A program made the translations under genes and the position numbers. Positions 13,130 through 26,199 of a stretch of 64,000 nucleotides of DNA are shown here, piece by piece. The DNA is taken from the NCBI RefSeq assembly GCF_006345805.1, contig NC_042998.1, positions 158,844,001 to 158,908,000 of the forward strand, in the 5' to 3' direction. Position 1 is the stretch's first letter, and every line of letters begins with the position of its first letter. The notes below the pieces were generated by a model. It ran no database searches, had not been told where the DNA came from, and saw only the letters and a program-made list of their open reading frames with translations. The DNA is from Octopus sinensis (Eukaryota).

Positions 13130-13680
13130 CATGTTGACTTGATGTTGTTTGTAATGAACCAAGTAACTATGAAACTGGCAGAGATCGAAAATCTCAATTT
13201 TTTAACATTAAGCTTATGTTCGTACTGTGCTGCAATTACCATTTGTCAAAAGATGGATGCAACAGAAATTGATCGAAACGAGATTTCCTTTCAGATAAAT
13301 ATCTGGTGGAACATTCCAATGAAAGCAACAATGCAGTGTAAGCACAAAAGGCCAAATATAGATGTGTAGGACAGGAATCAAAAGTGATACACAGTTATCG
13401 AGATCAGCTGCCCCTGGAAGATATGACTGTCACCTTAAAATTTGGAGAAAGAAAAAAATCTATGGAGAACTGATGAGAAAATGACAGTTCATATCCAGGC
13501 TATAGATGGTCATATGTATCTAATATCATAGGTGCACTGGGCTATGCAACAATAGATCTGCATAAAACAAAACAGAACATAAAAGTACAGACAAGACTGA
13601 TTCATATTCTCCGAATTCAATGGCGTAGTAGTACAGTGAAACTGTAAAATGTTTCAGGGATTTTATATTTAAGGATCCTT
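13130..13680 (+). mobile_element. Non-LTR retrotransposon 3' remnant with restriction-like endonuclease
   Basis: IWWNIP..CKHKRPNI...VIEISCP, an RPD(I)-type RLE motif. Confidence 0.55.
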
Positions 13681-13710
13681 GGTGGACACATGTACATAAT
13701 CATATATACA

Positions 13711-13825
<115 letters not shown>

Positions 13826-14077
13826 GTTAATGACAACTAGACACTTGTGTACTAACATGACACGTAAACACAATACACGAGTAAAATTTATCTGCACGCA
13901 TAAACATATATGCACACCTCAATCAATTAGAGAACTACAAAGAGTTGGCTTGGTTTAAACCTTAGAACCAAGCCATTTTATTAATGACCGGCTAGATTCT
14001 GCAAATGTAAAGAACATACTCGTACTCGTAACTGCGTACACGTTTTTTGTGTAAATTTGTACATATGAGTGTTTTAC

Positions 14078-14196
<119 letters not shown>

Positions 14197-14787
14197 ACTT
14201 TACTGATGTATTAGAGTTGTGTGATTAAAACTGTGAGATCCTTTTCACCCCCAAGAATCAGTTACATACATCTGTTATATTCTACTTGCAACGTCATTCG
14301 ATGTTGGGTAATGAAGCAATGGGAAAGAGTGAATAAGCTGTCTGTCAAACTTCGTTTAACAAAAGAAAAAGTTCGTGGAATGTTGAATAAATTAAGTTGG
14401 CGTGATAAGAAAGTCTAACATCCCTGACAACCTATAAATTCTTCTGATTTATTGTTGCTTAACCTTCACAAATTTACTAGGATTTCCAGATTTTGTTTCA
14501 TTGAACCAGGTCAATAAAATTCATGTTTTTCTAGGTTTAGATTCTACCGAGGTCAACTTTGCCTTCTTTAACTTCCACTATCATAAAATAATGTTCAGTA
14601 TGTTCTGGATTCAATATAATTGAGTACACTCAGGTTTGAGAACTGGTACCGCAAACTTGTAGCTGTCAGAAATCACTATATAATCCCTAAACTTTATAAT
14701 GAAGACAAATTGCATATTTCCTGATCGATCCAAATCCCCTCTAATGATACAAAGAGTCAAATTGATTCATTGACTTATTAGACGATT

Positions 14788-15383
14788 CTTTTCTACTCTA
14801 GATGATTCTTTTAAAGTCTAGGCACAAGGCCTGAAATTTGAGGGGAGGGGGCCAATCGATTTGATCGACCCCAGTACGCAACTGATACTTAATTCATCGA
14901 ACCCGGAAGGATGACAGGCAAAGTCGACCTCGGCAGAATTTGAACTCAGAATGTAAAGACAGACGAAATACCTCTTTCTTTACTACCCACAGGGGGCTAA
15001 TCACAGAGAGGACAAACAAGGACAGACAAACGGATTCAGTCGATTATATCAACCCCAGTGCGTAACTGGTACTTATTTAATCGATCCCGAAAGGATGAAA
15101 GGCAAAGTCGACCTCGGCGGAATTTGAACTCAGAACGTAGCGGCAGACGAAATACCTATTTCTTTACTACCCACAAGGGGCTAAACATAGAGGAGATAAA
15201 CGAGGACAGACAGACGGATTAAGTCGATTATTTCGACCCCAGTGCGTAACTGGTACTTAATTTATAGACCCCGAAAGGATGAAAGGCAAAGTCGACCTCG
15301 GCGGAATTTGAACGTAACGACAGACGAAATACTGCTAAGCATTTCGCCCGGCGTGCTAACGTTTCTGCCAGCTCGCCGCCTTA
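14788..15383 (-). mobile_element. Trimeric Nin/Deu-domain SINE (~184-bp internal period) with 15-bp TSD
   Basis: Three tandem GCCTTTCATCCTTTCGGGG-like cores; ACTTATTAGA(C/T)GATT at 14773-14787 and 15384-15398. Confidence 0.85.
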
Positions 15384-16562
15384 ACTTATTAGATGATTGA
15401 AAGAGTCAGTGATTGATGATCAATGGATTGACTAATTGTTCCCGTCATTACGTTAGGAGGTTTTGATGGTTAACTTCTCGCGTGTCTTCCATATATTTTC
15501 TTAGACAACATCCCGAAAGTTCTATCAGTCATACTAGCTAATGATTTCTTGATTGATTGACCCATTACTGAGTGAATGAGAGATGGGAGAGTGAGTGAAT
15601 GAGTGAATGAGTGAGTGAGTGAGTGAGTGAATAATCAGGTGCTTCATTCGTTAGTTTAAGTGTCTTGTTTAACTTCAAATTGGCTCGGTTTGAGTAGATC
15701 TATGATCAAAACCATTCCAGCCATGATCATTACATCTACTTTTGTGGTACGGCACATTTTCTTTGATTTCTAGATAGAAGCAAATAGGAAATAACACTTA
15801 GTGACCTAAGTGAAAAAAAACAAAAATTTAATTTCTTACATAGTGTAATGAAAGGTGTTATATCCGTAACTGCACACCCTTTTCACATCCTTTATTTTTA
15901 AAAGCAATCGAGTGTGATTTGAGAGAAAATTGGTTGCTATTTCTAATAAATCAAATAACCCCATAAAGACTTCCTACTAGATTAATTTAGTAGTTTGCAG
16001 AGATTATAGGCCGCTGAAGGACGGGTGTAGAGCAAATGAATTAATTGTTCGTATCGTACACTAATGTTATTGATGCTTAATATTTGACCAAGTGCGGAGC
16101 CTTACCGTGCGCTGTTTTTCTTCGTTTACCATGTTTTCTATTTGCTGTTAATATTGCAGTATCGCTGTATATAATTACTAGTATTTTGCTATTTAGTGCA
16201 TGTGGTGTATGTTTCTGTTATTCTCTTTGGTCGCTGACATGAATGGAGACGGCGAATTTGGTAGGTGCTACTGTAAGTCTGTTACTTTGGAGACAGGTTT
16301 CTCCATGATTAAATTCATGAAGGTTGTGGTAGTGGTGGTGGTGGGAGCAGAGGCTTCATTACTGAGTGAAACAAATATAACTAATAAATAACTTGAATTG
16401 GGGAAAGAGCATATGATATCCATATGCAATCTAAGAGCGAGCCAATGAGGAGACACTAAGAAGGTGTTCAAACTGTTAGAAACAACAGGCAAACTTTGTG
16501 AAAAAATCTGTTTTTAAAAACGACGCAGCTTAATCTCAATTAAACAATGTTTCTATCTAGCT

Positions 16563-16604
<42 letters not shown>

Positions 16605-16608
<4 letters not shown>

Positions 16609-16817
16609 TCTTTTACTCTTTTACTTTTTTACTTGTTTCAGTCATTTGACTGTGGCCATGCTGGAGCACCGCTTTTAGTTGAACAATTCAACACCAGGAT
16701 TTACCAAATTCACTCAGAAGGCTTTGGTCGACTCGAAGTTATAGTAGAAGACACTTGCCCAACGTACCACGCAGTGGGACTGAACCCGGAACCATGTGGT
16801 TGGTAAGCAAGCTTCTT
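16605..16817 (-). mobile_element. OK-type SINE interrupted in its tRNA head; remainder at 18259-18292
   Basis: Head sequence resumes after a 1.44-kb insertion. Confidence 0.8.
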
Positions 16818-18258
16818 TATTTCTTTTAAATTGCCATAAAGGCATTACATAGAGGCGGACACTACAACATATGTGGAGACATATAACAAAAATAAAATAT
16901 GATGCTATGAATGACACATGAAAATGAACACGAAAAACATTAAAATCAAAATATTAAAATAATGATACATGAATGATAACTTGAGAAATAAGAATATGAA
17001 AAGTGTGTTATTCACCCCCACAATGAGTAACACCACTCGCCACTTAGATTTTGATTTAAACTTTCGTTTACCGTTTTCCCCATCGCTGAGTGACAACACT
17101 CTCTCCTCCATGTACACGTAACCTTTTTCACCGGGGAGGGGTCTTGGAAATTTTGTGGTGTCTGTTCTTTCTTCTTTTTTCCTGTGGGGGTGAAGGGGTG
17201 GGTGGGTTTGGTGTCTGTATGAGGAGGGTGGGTCTGAGTGGTCTTGGGTGGGATGGCTTTGATCTGGGGTCCCACATCACACTGACTGTTCTTCCTCTTC
17301 TTTCTCTTTTTCTTTTTATTCTGTCACTATCTGCACTTCTTCCTTTTTCTCCTCCGTCTCCACCACCGCTTCTTCTGTCGTTTTCCTTTGCAGATGGCAA
17401 TGCGCTCTAATGTAGCTCTTTTGGCCACATTTAAACATCGTTGGATTCTGCCCTCCACCCACACTCTTAACACAATCTCTCCCAACGTCACCGTCTCCGC
17501 TAAACTCATCAATCACCTCTCCCCTGCTTGTATAATGAGGTCCAGTATTTTCCTCTCCATCCTTCGTCCTCTGTTTCCGTGGCTTGAAGGGCAGCCATCT
17601 CCACCTCACTTCCAACGAGGACGGCTGCCGCAACCCAAACCACTTCTATATCGGGTGGAATCCCTTCTATCCTCACCTTAGAAGTCTTTCTTCCCAGGTA
17701 CGTGGGTAGAAGTACCACTTCCTCCGTTGTTATAGTTGCACTTACCAGTTTCTTTGCCTCTCTCGCTGTCCTAAACTGGACAACCACCGTCCCATATCCA
17801 TTTTCTTTCGCTATATATGTCATCTCCTTCGAAATCCCCTTCAATGCTTTTTCTACTTTTTCCATCTCCATCTGCTCCATCTTCCTACTCTCCACTGATT
17901 ACACATTGTAGGTAATGACCTTCTTTCCCATATTTTTCATAACCCTTTTGGCGGTAATACCTTTATGTCATCGCCCACCTTCTGTGTCATCTTACTCAGC
18001 TCCTTCAATCCGGCTAGGTCCATCTCCCTTTTCTTCACCTCTGCAGCCTCACAAAACTCTTTACTCTTTCCAAATACTCGTCCATTCTATTTATCGCCTT
18101 ATCAAGCTCCTCTTCCGCCGAAGGCAGCTCATACTCGCTAAGGTCTGAATACATTTTTCTACCGGTATAATATTCACTGACAAACCGCTGCCAAGTAGCA
18201 CAAAAAATTCCATCCGACTCGTCAAAAATTAACACAGCGAATAGAGCGACGCATGCGC
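16818..18258 (-). mobile_element. ORF1-only (HAL1-like) non-autonomous retroelement with 16-bp TSD
   Basis: GG(T/G)AAGCAAGCTTCTT at 16802-16817 and 18259-18274; single gag/ORF1-like frame, no RT; A-rich 3' end. Confidence 0.75.
17128..18154 (-). pseudogene. Disrupted L1/Tx1-type ORF1 (RRM-like region plus degenerate CCHC knuckle)
   Basis: GDDIKVLPP..VITYNV*SVESRK..YGTVVVQF..LPTYLGRK..LRVWVEGR..(C)FKCGQKSYIRAHC across frameshifts; collinear with the 43.5-kb ORF. Confidence 0.7.
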
Positions 18259-18400
18259 GGGAAGCAAGCTTCTTACCACACAGCCACTCCTGTATGTATG
18301 TATGTATGTATGTATGTATGTATGTATGCATGTATGTATGTGTGTGTGTATGTATGTATGTATGTATGCATATATGTATGTGTGTGTGTGTGTATGTATG

Positions 18401-18434
<34 letters not shown>

Positions 18435-18452
18435 TGTATGTATGTATGTATG

Positions 18453-19087
18453 TGAGACATGGACCCTTTACAAACGTCATGTAAGGGACCTTGAACGCTT
18501 TCATCAGAGATGTCTCGGACACATTCCGAATGTTGGCTGAACCTTAAAAAAGTTCAGATATACAGGTCCTGAGGACAGCTAATATCATGAGTATTGGGGC
18601 GATGGTGCACAAGCACCGGTTACGTTGGACTAGACACCTTAAGAGAATGAAGGATAGCAGGATCCCTAAGCAAATGCTATACGGGAAACTTGTGAATGGA
18701 AAGAGACCCCGGCAGAAACCAAGGCTGCGATTTAAGGATTGTGTCAAGTTCTCATTAAAGGCCTGTGATATGTAGGAGACTGACTGGGAGAGCAATGCCT
18801 GTCATCGCCACAGATGGAGGAAGCAGGTTAAGAAGGGAGTTCGGCACTTTTGAGAGAACACGTATTCTGCTTGAAGAACTTAAGCGTGCTGTTCGAAAAG
18901 CGCACTGCTGGTGTAGTGAATGGGGAAAGCTTGGTTTGCAATGTTTGCAGTCGTGCATGCTTGTCAAGAGCAGGGCTCATTAGCCATCAACAGTGCCGCA
19001 AATGCAAAACATAAGTTAGTCTTAGAGTGCACAATGTTCCTGAAGGTCAGCAATGGTCTTCTGCGGTCACGATTGGACGGCCATCAT
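18453..19087 (+). mobile_element. RTE LINE 3' fragment
   Basis: CETWTLYKRH..LERFHQRCL..RLRWTRHLKRMKDSRIPKQMLYGKL..RFKD. Confidence 0.85.
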
Positions 19088-19090
19088 GTA

Positions 19091-19127
<37 letters not shown>

Positions 19128-19199
19128 ATGTATGTATGTATATCATTGAAAAGTGGAAAACGCCTCCTCGATGACTATTTCAAATGATGATCTACAAAT

Positions 19200-20830
19200 A
19201 TTCAATTACATTTTGAACACCCTTCACCTATCTATTAAATTCATGACATAAGCCAGCCATAATGACTCATCGTTCATAGACATTCACGTAAAAATATGCA
19301 ACTCCACATTAACAACGGATATATATTGACAAAAATATAAAAAAAAAACCAGATCTACACCAATATTTGAACTTTTATTTTTGCTATTCACACACTTCAA
19401 ACGGAACATTCTATGGAGCAAGACCTATTTGTGCAATAGTGGCTGACTCAAAAGTATGTCAAATTCGATTCAATTAAATTACAGGTTTCCTAAGAAGAAA
19501 TCAGAATTACTCTTTAAAATTAATAAATAACGAATTATAAAAATAATGAAACTGGATATCATACAGTTAACGAGACCTGGGGAAAAGATTGAAGAAAATA
19601 CTATTTCGTTTATCAATACACATAATCCAAACTATAAAAACATACTTAATACTTTTACAATGCCACAAAAGGTAAGTCTAGTACTGAACAGCAACCATCA
19701 AACAGCAAACCTTTAAAAATATCTTCACATCGGACGATAATTCAGATTTTGCCGTGATTTCGCCGTGGTATACGTAGCAACAACTTCAAATATTTGGATA
19801 CTGGTTTCCATATATAATTTAAAAGTGGATTCTCCTTTCAAATAAATGCAGGTATGAACTGCGAGACAGAATCTAATATGTTGCATAATCTGCCTCAGTT
19901 GCAAAGAGAATTATATAGGTGAAACCAACAATTCCTTTTGCCAACGTGCAAGCATTCATAGACTGAACATTAGACCAAAAAAATTAGATAAGAATCTGCT
20001 GAGCAAGTATCTGGAAATATGAGGAAACAGCAGATTCAAGATCTTCCCTTTTTACAAATGGCCAAGAGATGATCTAAAACACCGGAAGGCAAGGAAAATA
20101 CATTAATAGAAAAACTTTCTACCTAAAATAAATGTGTAAAATGTATATCTATAAAAATATGAGGTATCCATGTTAAAAACAATTAGCTCCCCAGATTACC
20201 ACTGAATATTATTATTAACAATGTTCTTACTACTGTCACTAAAATAACTGGAAAAGCTCACTTAAAAAACCAACACGCAACAGACATGCAGTACACTCCC
20301 TCACACACACACACGTTTAAACACTCACAGAAGCACATATTTAAAAGCCTCCAAAATAATTCCATAGATTCTATTTTCGACAGCTGTACAAAATGAAAAC
20401 TGACCAAAAAATATTGACACTCAAACAATAACTAAAAGAAATTTATTGAGATTAATAGAAAAAAAATTGATCTTTTTGATTTGTCATCAATTTCAGCCAT
20501 TCCAGAAAGACACCACTTCCATTGTTTCTGTCACATTTTTCTTTATTTTCTTTGTTTAAAACCTCACAACATACATATACCTACACAAACATGCATACAC
20601 ACACATATATACACATACATATAGTCACAAAAGGACAATGAACAACTCAAATAACCACAACAAACACCCTCTTTTCAAAATCCAAGAAGGCAATTCAACT
20701 CCAGATTTTATATCAGCTAACTCACACACATATATATATATATATATACACTATGAATTTTCTATAAAACAGTTTTGATGATGAATCCCTAAACGAGACG
20801 AAAGCGCTAAATAAATAGTTTTTATTCATA
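19200..20830 (+). mobile_element. Degenerate Penelope-like element (RT thumb, GIY-YIG, 3' repeat)
   Basis: LTTDIY..HQYLNF and CIICLSCKENYIGET fragments; decayed HHR-like ATGATGA..gagac-GAAA-gcgc-TA at ~20778-20812. Confidence 0.65.
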
Positions 20831-20874
20831 TCCTAACTGCATCCTTTTCCCTCAGATATATCATATATATATAT

Positions 20875-21064
20875 ACGAATAGGGAGAATTGACAAAAAAA
20901 CAAAAGACGAAGACAGGTGGTGTAGACAATAAACAAATATATTAGCATAACGCTCGGGAAGTGAAAAAGTCTTAACGTTTCGATCCTACGCTCTTCCACA
21001 GAAAGGATCACAGAAAGACACAAGGAGAGGAAATAAATGTGTAGTGGCTAGCGATCTATCATGG

Positions 21065-21066
<2 letters not shown>
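20875..21066 (-). mobile_element. Solo PLE pseudo-LTR (family of 22203-22400, ~910-1000, 63540-63660)
   Basis: High similarity to the repeat at the 3' end of the Penelope at 22203-24020. Confidence 0.7.
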
Positions 21067-21113
<47 letters not shown>

Positions 21114-21152
21114 ATATATATATAATATATATATATAAATTAATAAATAAAA

Positions 21153-22155
21153 TACATACATACATACATACATATATGTACGTACCTACATCTACATGTA
21201 TATATACATGCATATATAAATATATATATGTGAGTACAGGACACCACAAATAGACGTAGAACTCAACGAGAAACGAAAACGTAAAAACAAACATGGAAAC
21301 GGACTTTTTTTAACAACGAAAAAGCAGAGTACAAGACAAACAATACAAGGAAAATTCCCCTTCATCAGCTGTACCTAGTTCAACTCCATGCGTGTTTCGA
21401 AGGTAAGGACAGAACACGACTCGTCGAACTAGCCCTTCCTGCGAAAGAATTAAATAAAATTCCTTTGCAGAGGGGTAAAAACAAGGAAAGGAAAAAATGT
21501 GACAAAAACAGGACGTAAAAACAATACAAATAAAAAAACAAATACAAAATAAAATACAAAACAAAAAAATACAGTACAAGTAAAGAATAAAAACAGGACA
21601 AGGAAACAAACATTGAGGGCCTTTTTTCAAGAGCGCAGGAAAAAAGCATGTTCACTTGTAGGAGGCCGCCAGCGAAAGGAAGTGGTCGACTCGGCTGTGT
21701 GAGAGATGAGGAGGAGTGAGAGAGAGAGAGATAGAGAGAGGAAAGGAAACCAGAAAGGGTGAAAATAAGAAGGAGAGAGACAGGCAAAGAGGAAGACAAA
21801 CAGGAAGGAAGGGAAGGTCAAGCAAAGGGTTACAGAGTTTCGCGTCATAATTATATATAAAAACTTACTTGGAGAACAGAAAAGAATCGAAACGACGCGG
21901 GGGCGCTCAGTCATGCAATAAATTAATAAATAAAATATATGCATACATACATACATATATGTACGTACCTACATCTACATGTATATATACATGCATATAT
22001 AAATATATATATATGTGAGTACAGGACACCACAAATAGACGTAGAACTCAACGAGAAATGAAAACGTAAAAACAAACATGGAAACGGACTTTTTTTAACA
22101 ACGAAAAAACAGAGTACAAGACAAACAATACAAGGAAAATTCCCCTTCAGCTGTC
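21153..22155 (-). mobile_element. PLE-type repeat in partial tandem: ~215-bp direct duplication (21153-21370 / 21942-22152)
   Basis: Near-identical GTACGTACCTACATC...AAGGAAAATTCCCCTTCA segments including microsatellite flank. Confidence 0.65.
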
Positions 22156-22167
22156 CCTCTCCAGGTA

Positions 22168-22202
<35 letters not shown>

Positions 22203-22204
<2 letters not shown>

Positions 22205-24020
22205 AGAGTTTACGAAAAAGACAAAAGATGAAGGCAGGTGGTGTATAAAACAAACAGATGTATTAGTATAACGCTCAGAAAGAGAAAAAGTTTTTTACGT
22301 TTCGAACCTACGCTCTTCTACAGAAAGGGATACAGAAAAAACAAGGAGAGAAACAAGGAGAGTAAAAAATGTGTGTAGTGGCTAACGATCTATCATGGCG
22401 ACTAGTGCCGGACAGAAGGGTCAAACACGAGAAGGAAAGTAGGGGAGATAACAAGGTAAAGATGACCCCCAACAGAAAGGTGCGTGTGTGTATAAGAGAG
22501 TATGTATGTGCCTGTAAAAGAGGGCTGTGTGCGTGTATGTATGTGTAGGTGTGAAGATGTGGGGATGGCTGTGTGGGTGGTGTGTTGTGATGTGATGTTT
22601 AATGTTGTATGGTGTAGTGTGATGTTATTGGGATGTGGGGAGGTGAGAGTGAGGAAATTTCGGGTGGTGTGGGTTCGGCTGGTGGTTGGAGTAGATTTGG
22701 GGTTTGTGGCTAGGCAGAGGGTGGGGTATGTGGGGAAGGGGTGTGGTATAGGATGGGAGGATGGGAAGGATAGGGAAGTTGGTGTAGGGATGTGTAGGGG
22801 TGGGTGGGTTTATGGGGGAGGGGGAGGTGGGTATGTAAGGAGAGAGAGGAGGAGAGAAGAGAGAAAGAGAGTAAGGGAGAAGAGGGAAGGAGAGTAGGGT
22901 GAAAAGATGTAGGAGTGAAGAGAAGTAGGAGTCGGGGAGGAGGTTAGATGAAGAGGAGAGGAGAGTTGAGCCCAAATGGCGTAAAAGAGCGAAGAGAGAA
23001 GATTAATCCCTGTTCACGGCGCAAACGGGAGTCCGGATGGCCTCTGTGCAAGGACAATCCGAACACAGACAGGTGTTACAAGGAGTGACCGGTGGACCGG
23101 AAATGGCATGAGACTGGGGTGTCATTGCCGAGGCGGATGTCTCGGAGGTGTTCCGCGAACCGGTCAGCCAAGCGGCGTCCCGTTTGTCCGATGTACAGGG
23201 AATGGCAGACAGAGCAGGAGATGCAATAGATGATATTGCTGGAGGTGCAGGTGAAGGAATCGATGATGCGATAGGGTCGATGATGGGTGTCGGTGAGGAG
23301 GGTGGTGTTAGAGAGGTAAGGGCAAGTGCGACAGCGTGGGTGGGAGCAGGGGAACGAGCCAGGTTGGGAGGTAGGGTTGGGGAAGAAGCTGTGGACCAAG
23401 AGGTCTCGAAGGTTGTGGGCTCGTTTGAAGGAGGAGAGGGGTCGGTTAGGGAAGATGTGTGAAGATGTGTGAAGTGGACTGGAGATGCCGGAAAGCTCGG
23501 AGAATGGTACGTTGGAGAGGTAGGGTGGTGGGGTGGTAGGTGAGGGAAAAAGGGAGGCGGGAGACTGCAGAGCGGGTTCGGGGGGAGAGAGCAGATGCAC
23601 GGTCCACGAAACGTGCTCTGGCAAGGGCGGGGTGGGTAGTGGCGAGTGGATATCCAGGTAGGATGAAGTGGTGAGCCATGAGTTGATACTGAGTCTCAAT
23701 GTCATGGTCGTCACTACAGAGCCTGCGTAGACGGAGTAATTGTGAATAGGAGATGGAAAGCTTGGTGTATTTTGGGTAGGAGGAGGAGAAGTTTAGGTAT
23801 GAGTGTGAGTCTGTGTGGTAAGAGTTGGGTGATGAATGCTGACCGAAATGTCAAGAAAGGAAACAGCGGTGTCAGAGATAGTGCAGGAGAAGTGGAGGGC
23901 AGGATGGAAAGATTTGACGAAACAGAGAAAGGAGTCTAGATGTTCGCGGGAGAGTGAGGTGGCACCGATACAGTCGTCAATATAGCGGCCATATAGTTCG
24001 GGAGTGGGACCAGTGAAACT
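22203..24020 (-). mobile_element. Penelope-like element, 5'-truncated (RT C-term, GIY-YIG, pseudo-LTR)
   Basis: YGRYIDDCIG (RT motif C), FLDI, CSHPRCRTC linker, NIIYCISCSVCHSLYIGQTGRRLADRFAEH. Confidence 0.92.
23076..23714 (-). pseudogene. PLE linker plus GIY-YIG endonuclease fragment
   Basis: 212-aa ORF with IY..C..C...YIGQT.R....R..EH; frameshifted relative to RT. Confidence 0.85.
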
Positions 24021-24048
24021 ATATATGTATGTATGTATATGTGTATAC

Positions 24049-24081
<33 letters not shown>

Positions 24082-24107
24082 GTGTATGTGTGTGTATGTG
24101 TGTGTGT

Positions 24108-24168
<61 letters not shown>

Positions 24169-24177
24169 TGTGTATAC

Positions 24178-24475
24178 TGGACTCTCCCGTCTAAGGCGAC
24201 GTACGAGCGTTCAGCTATTGCCGAACAACCTGCACCACTTATTCGTTAATAGTGATCAAATGAATGTGCCGTACATTTGCTCCCTCCTTTCATCAAATCC
24301 ACGTTGCCTGAACAGGTGCACGATGTATCATAGGTCAGGTGTTGAGGTGATCGCAGAGAAACATGAGATGATGTGTTTTGCTCAAGAACATAAGTCATTA
24401 CCCGGTCAAGGAGTTGAAACCATGATCCTACCATCGTAAGTGCGACACCTTAACCACTAGGCCATATGTCTTCAC
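24178..24475 (-). mobile_element. tRNA-derived SINE (8559 family)
   Basis: Minus head TGGCCTAGTGGTTAAGG...GGTTTCAACTCC followed by TTCTTGAGCAAAACAC. Confidence 0.65.
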
Positions 24476-24519
24476 TATATGTGTGTGTGTGATCTTTTCC
24501 CTTCGACACCCCCTCCCCA

Positions 24520-25225
24520 AAAATGTTTCAAAAAAGTTTCGAGAAATAAAGTTTCAAAGTTCGACAGGACAACGATATCAATGGTGACACAGAATCATCT
24601 TGGAAGGCTCTGCGTGATGCAACGCACCCCGCGTCTATAGAGGCTCCTGGACTTTGTGTTTGTAAATATCAAGATTACTTCAGCGCTAAGAACACAGATG
24701 TCCAACAACTCATAGATAAAATGTACAGCTCTCACAAAACAGAATAATGATAAGTGCTCATCCAAAAAAGAGAATGCCAACAAGAAATACAGCGGCCAGG
24801 TCCAAAGTACTCTGAGACAGATGAATGAATCTTGGTGGTCTTTTAAGGCTATTGAGTTCAAAGAAACTGCTAACAGAAAGGATTCTAAAGTCTTTTGTGA
24901 AGGCCTCAAGAAAGTGTATGGCCTTCAAGAGCGCGGTGTTACTCTTATTTTTTCATCGAATAGAGTGACACTGTTACCTGACAAATCTAACATCCTGAAA
25001 CGATTGAAAGATCACTTCGAAGCCGTGTTGAACTCCATCTCACTCACTAATGATGACGTCATAATGTTTATTCCACAGCACGCCGAAATACTTGTCTCTG
25101 GAGCCAACCTTTTAGAAGTGGTAAACTCTATTAAACAGATGCCTTCTGGTAAAGCGCCTGGCAAGGGTGCTGTCCCTCTTGAAATCTACAAACATGGTGG
25201 ATAGAAGCATTTTAAGAAACTGCAA
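24520..25225 (+). mobile_element. RTE LINE internal fragment
   Basis: WWSFKAIE..DSKVFCEGLKKVYG..SIKQMPSGKAPG..LEIYKHGG. Confidence 0.8.
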
Positions 25226-25255
25226 GACATATACATATATACATACATACATACA

Positions 25256-25317
<62 letters not shown>

Positions 25318-25950
25318 GATATATACATATATACATATATGACGGACGGTCATAATTTTGTTTGGTCATAACTGATCTGAAGACACACTAAACATCACTA
25401 TTGCTACCATCATCACATTAGAATGAATTTATGAGAGCCCATGTACGTGGTATCTCAATCTACTAGAAACAGTATACATATTTTTTCTCAAATCCCAACC
25501 TACTGTCTTTAAAACTGGGAAGAAATAGTGGACATAAGTCCACATATACTGCCTGAAAGACAAACTTGAAAGTCATGGGTGGAAAGACTTTGATCATATA
25601 TCTGTTTGATCGGGACTGGCTTGCGGGGTAAACAACACCAACACCAACAATATTGACAATCAAAATTGTTAATCTCTTCGAAAGTTTATTTTTCAAACAG
25701 ATTTTACTTGCCTCGAGAGTATATAATTGAGATAACAATTTGCGTGCAAGTGTGTACAGATATCTACAACTTAATACTAATATATGTTTCTGCGAGTGTG
25801 TGTGAGTGCGCGCGCACGTGTGTGTATTTGTACGTAGTATGTATGTATTTGTGACATTTTTCTTAGTATTCCTATCATCACGAGCCTATTGAATCTTGAC
25901 TTGTATTCCTCTGTCTCCCTCTCTTTTACTGTCTCTTTACTTCTATATGC

Positions 25951-26005
<55 letters not shown>

Positions 26006-26199
26006 ACCGGCGTTTTCTGTTTGTTGTTTAATCCCCACGAAAAGAATTGTGATAATTTTGCTTCAGTGTATTATTTGAATTAGAAATAATATCTTGCAAT
26101 TCGCAGTATATAGAATAAAGCAAAATTCTCAGTGAATGTTTTGATGACTATTATATATTTACATATTATATATATATATATTCCACCTCCAGCTTTGAC

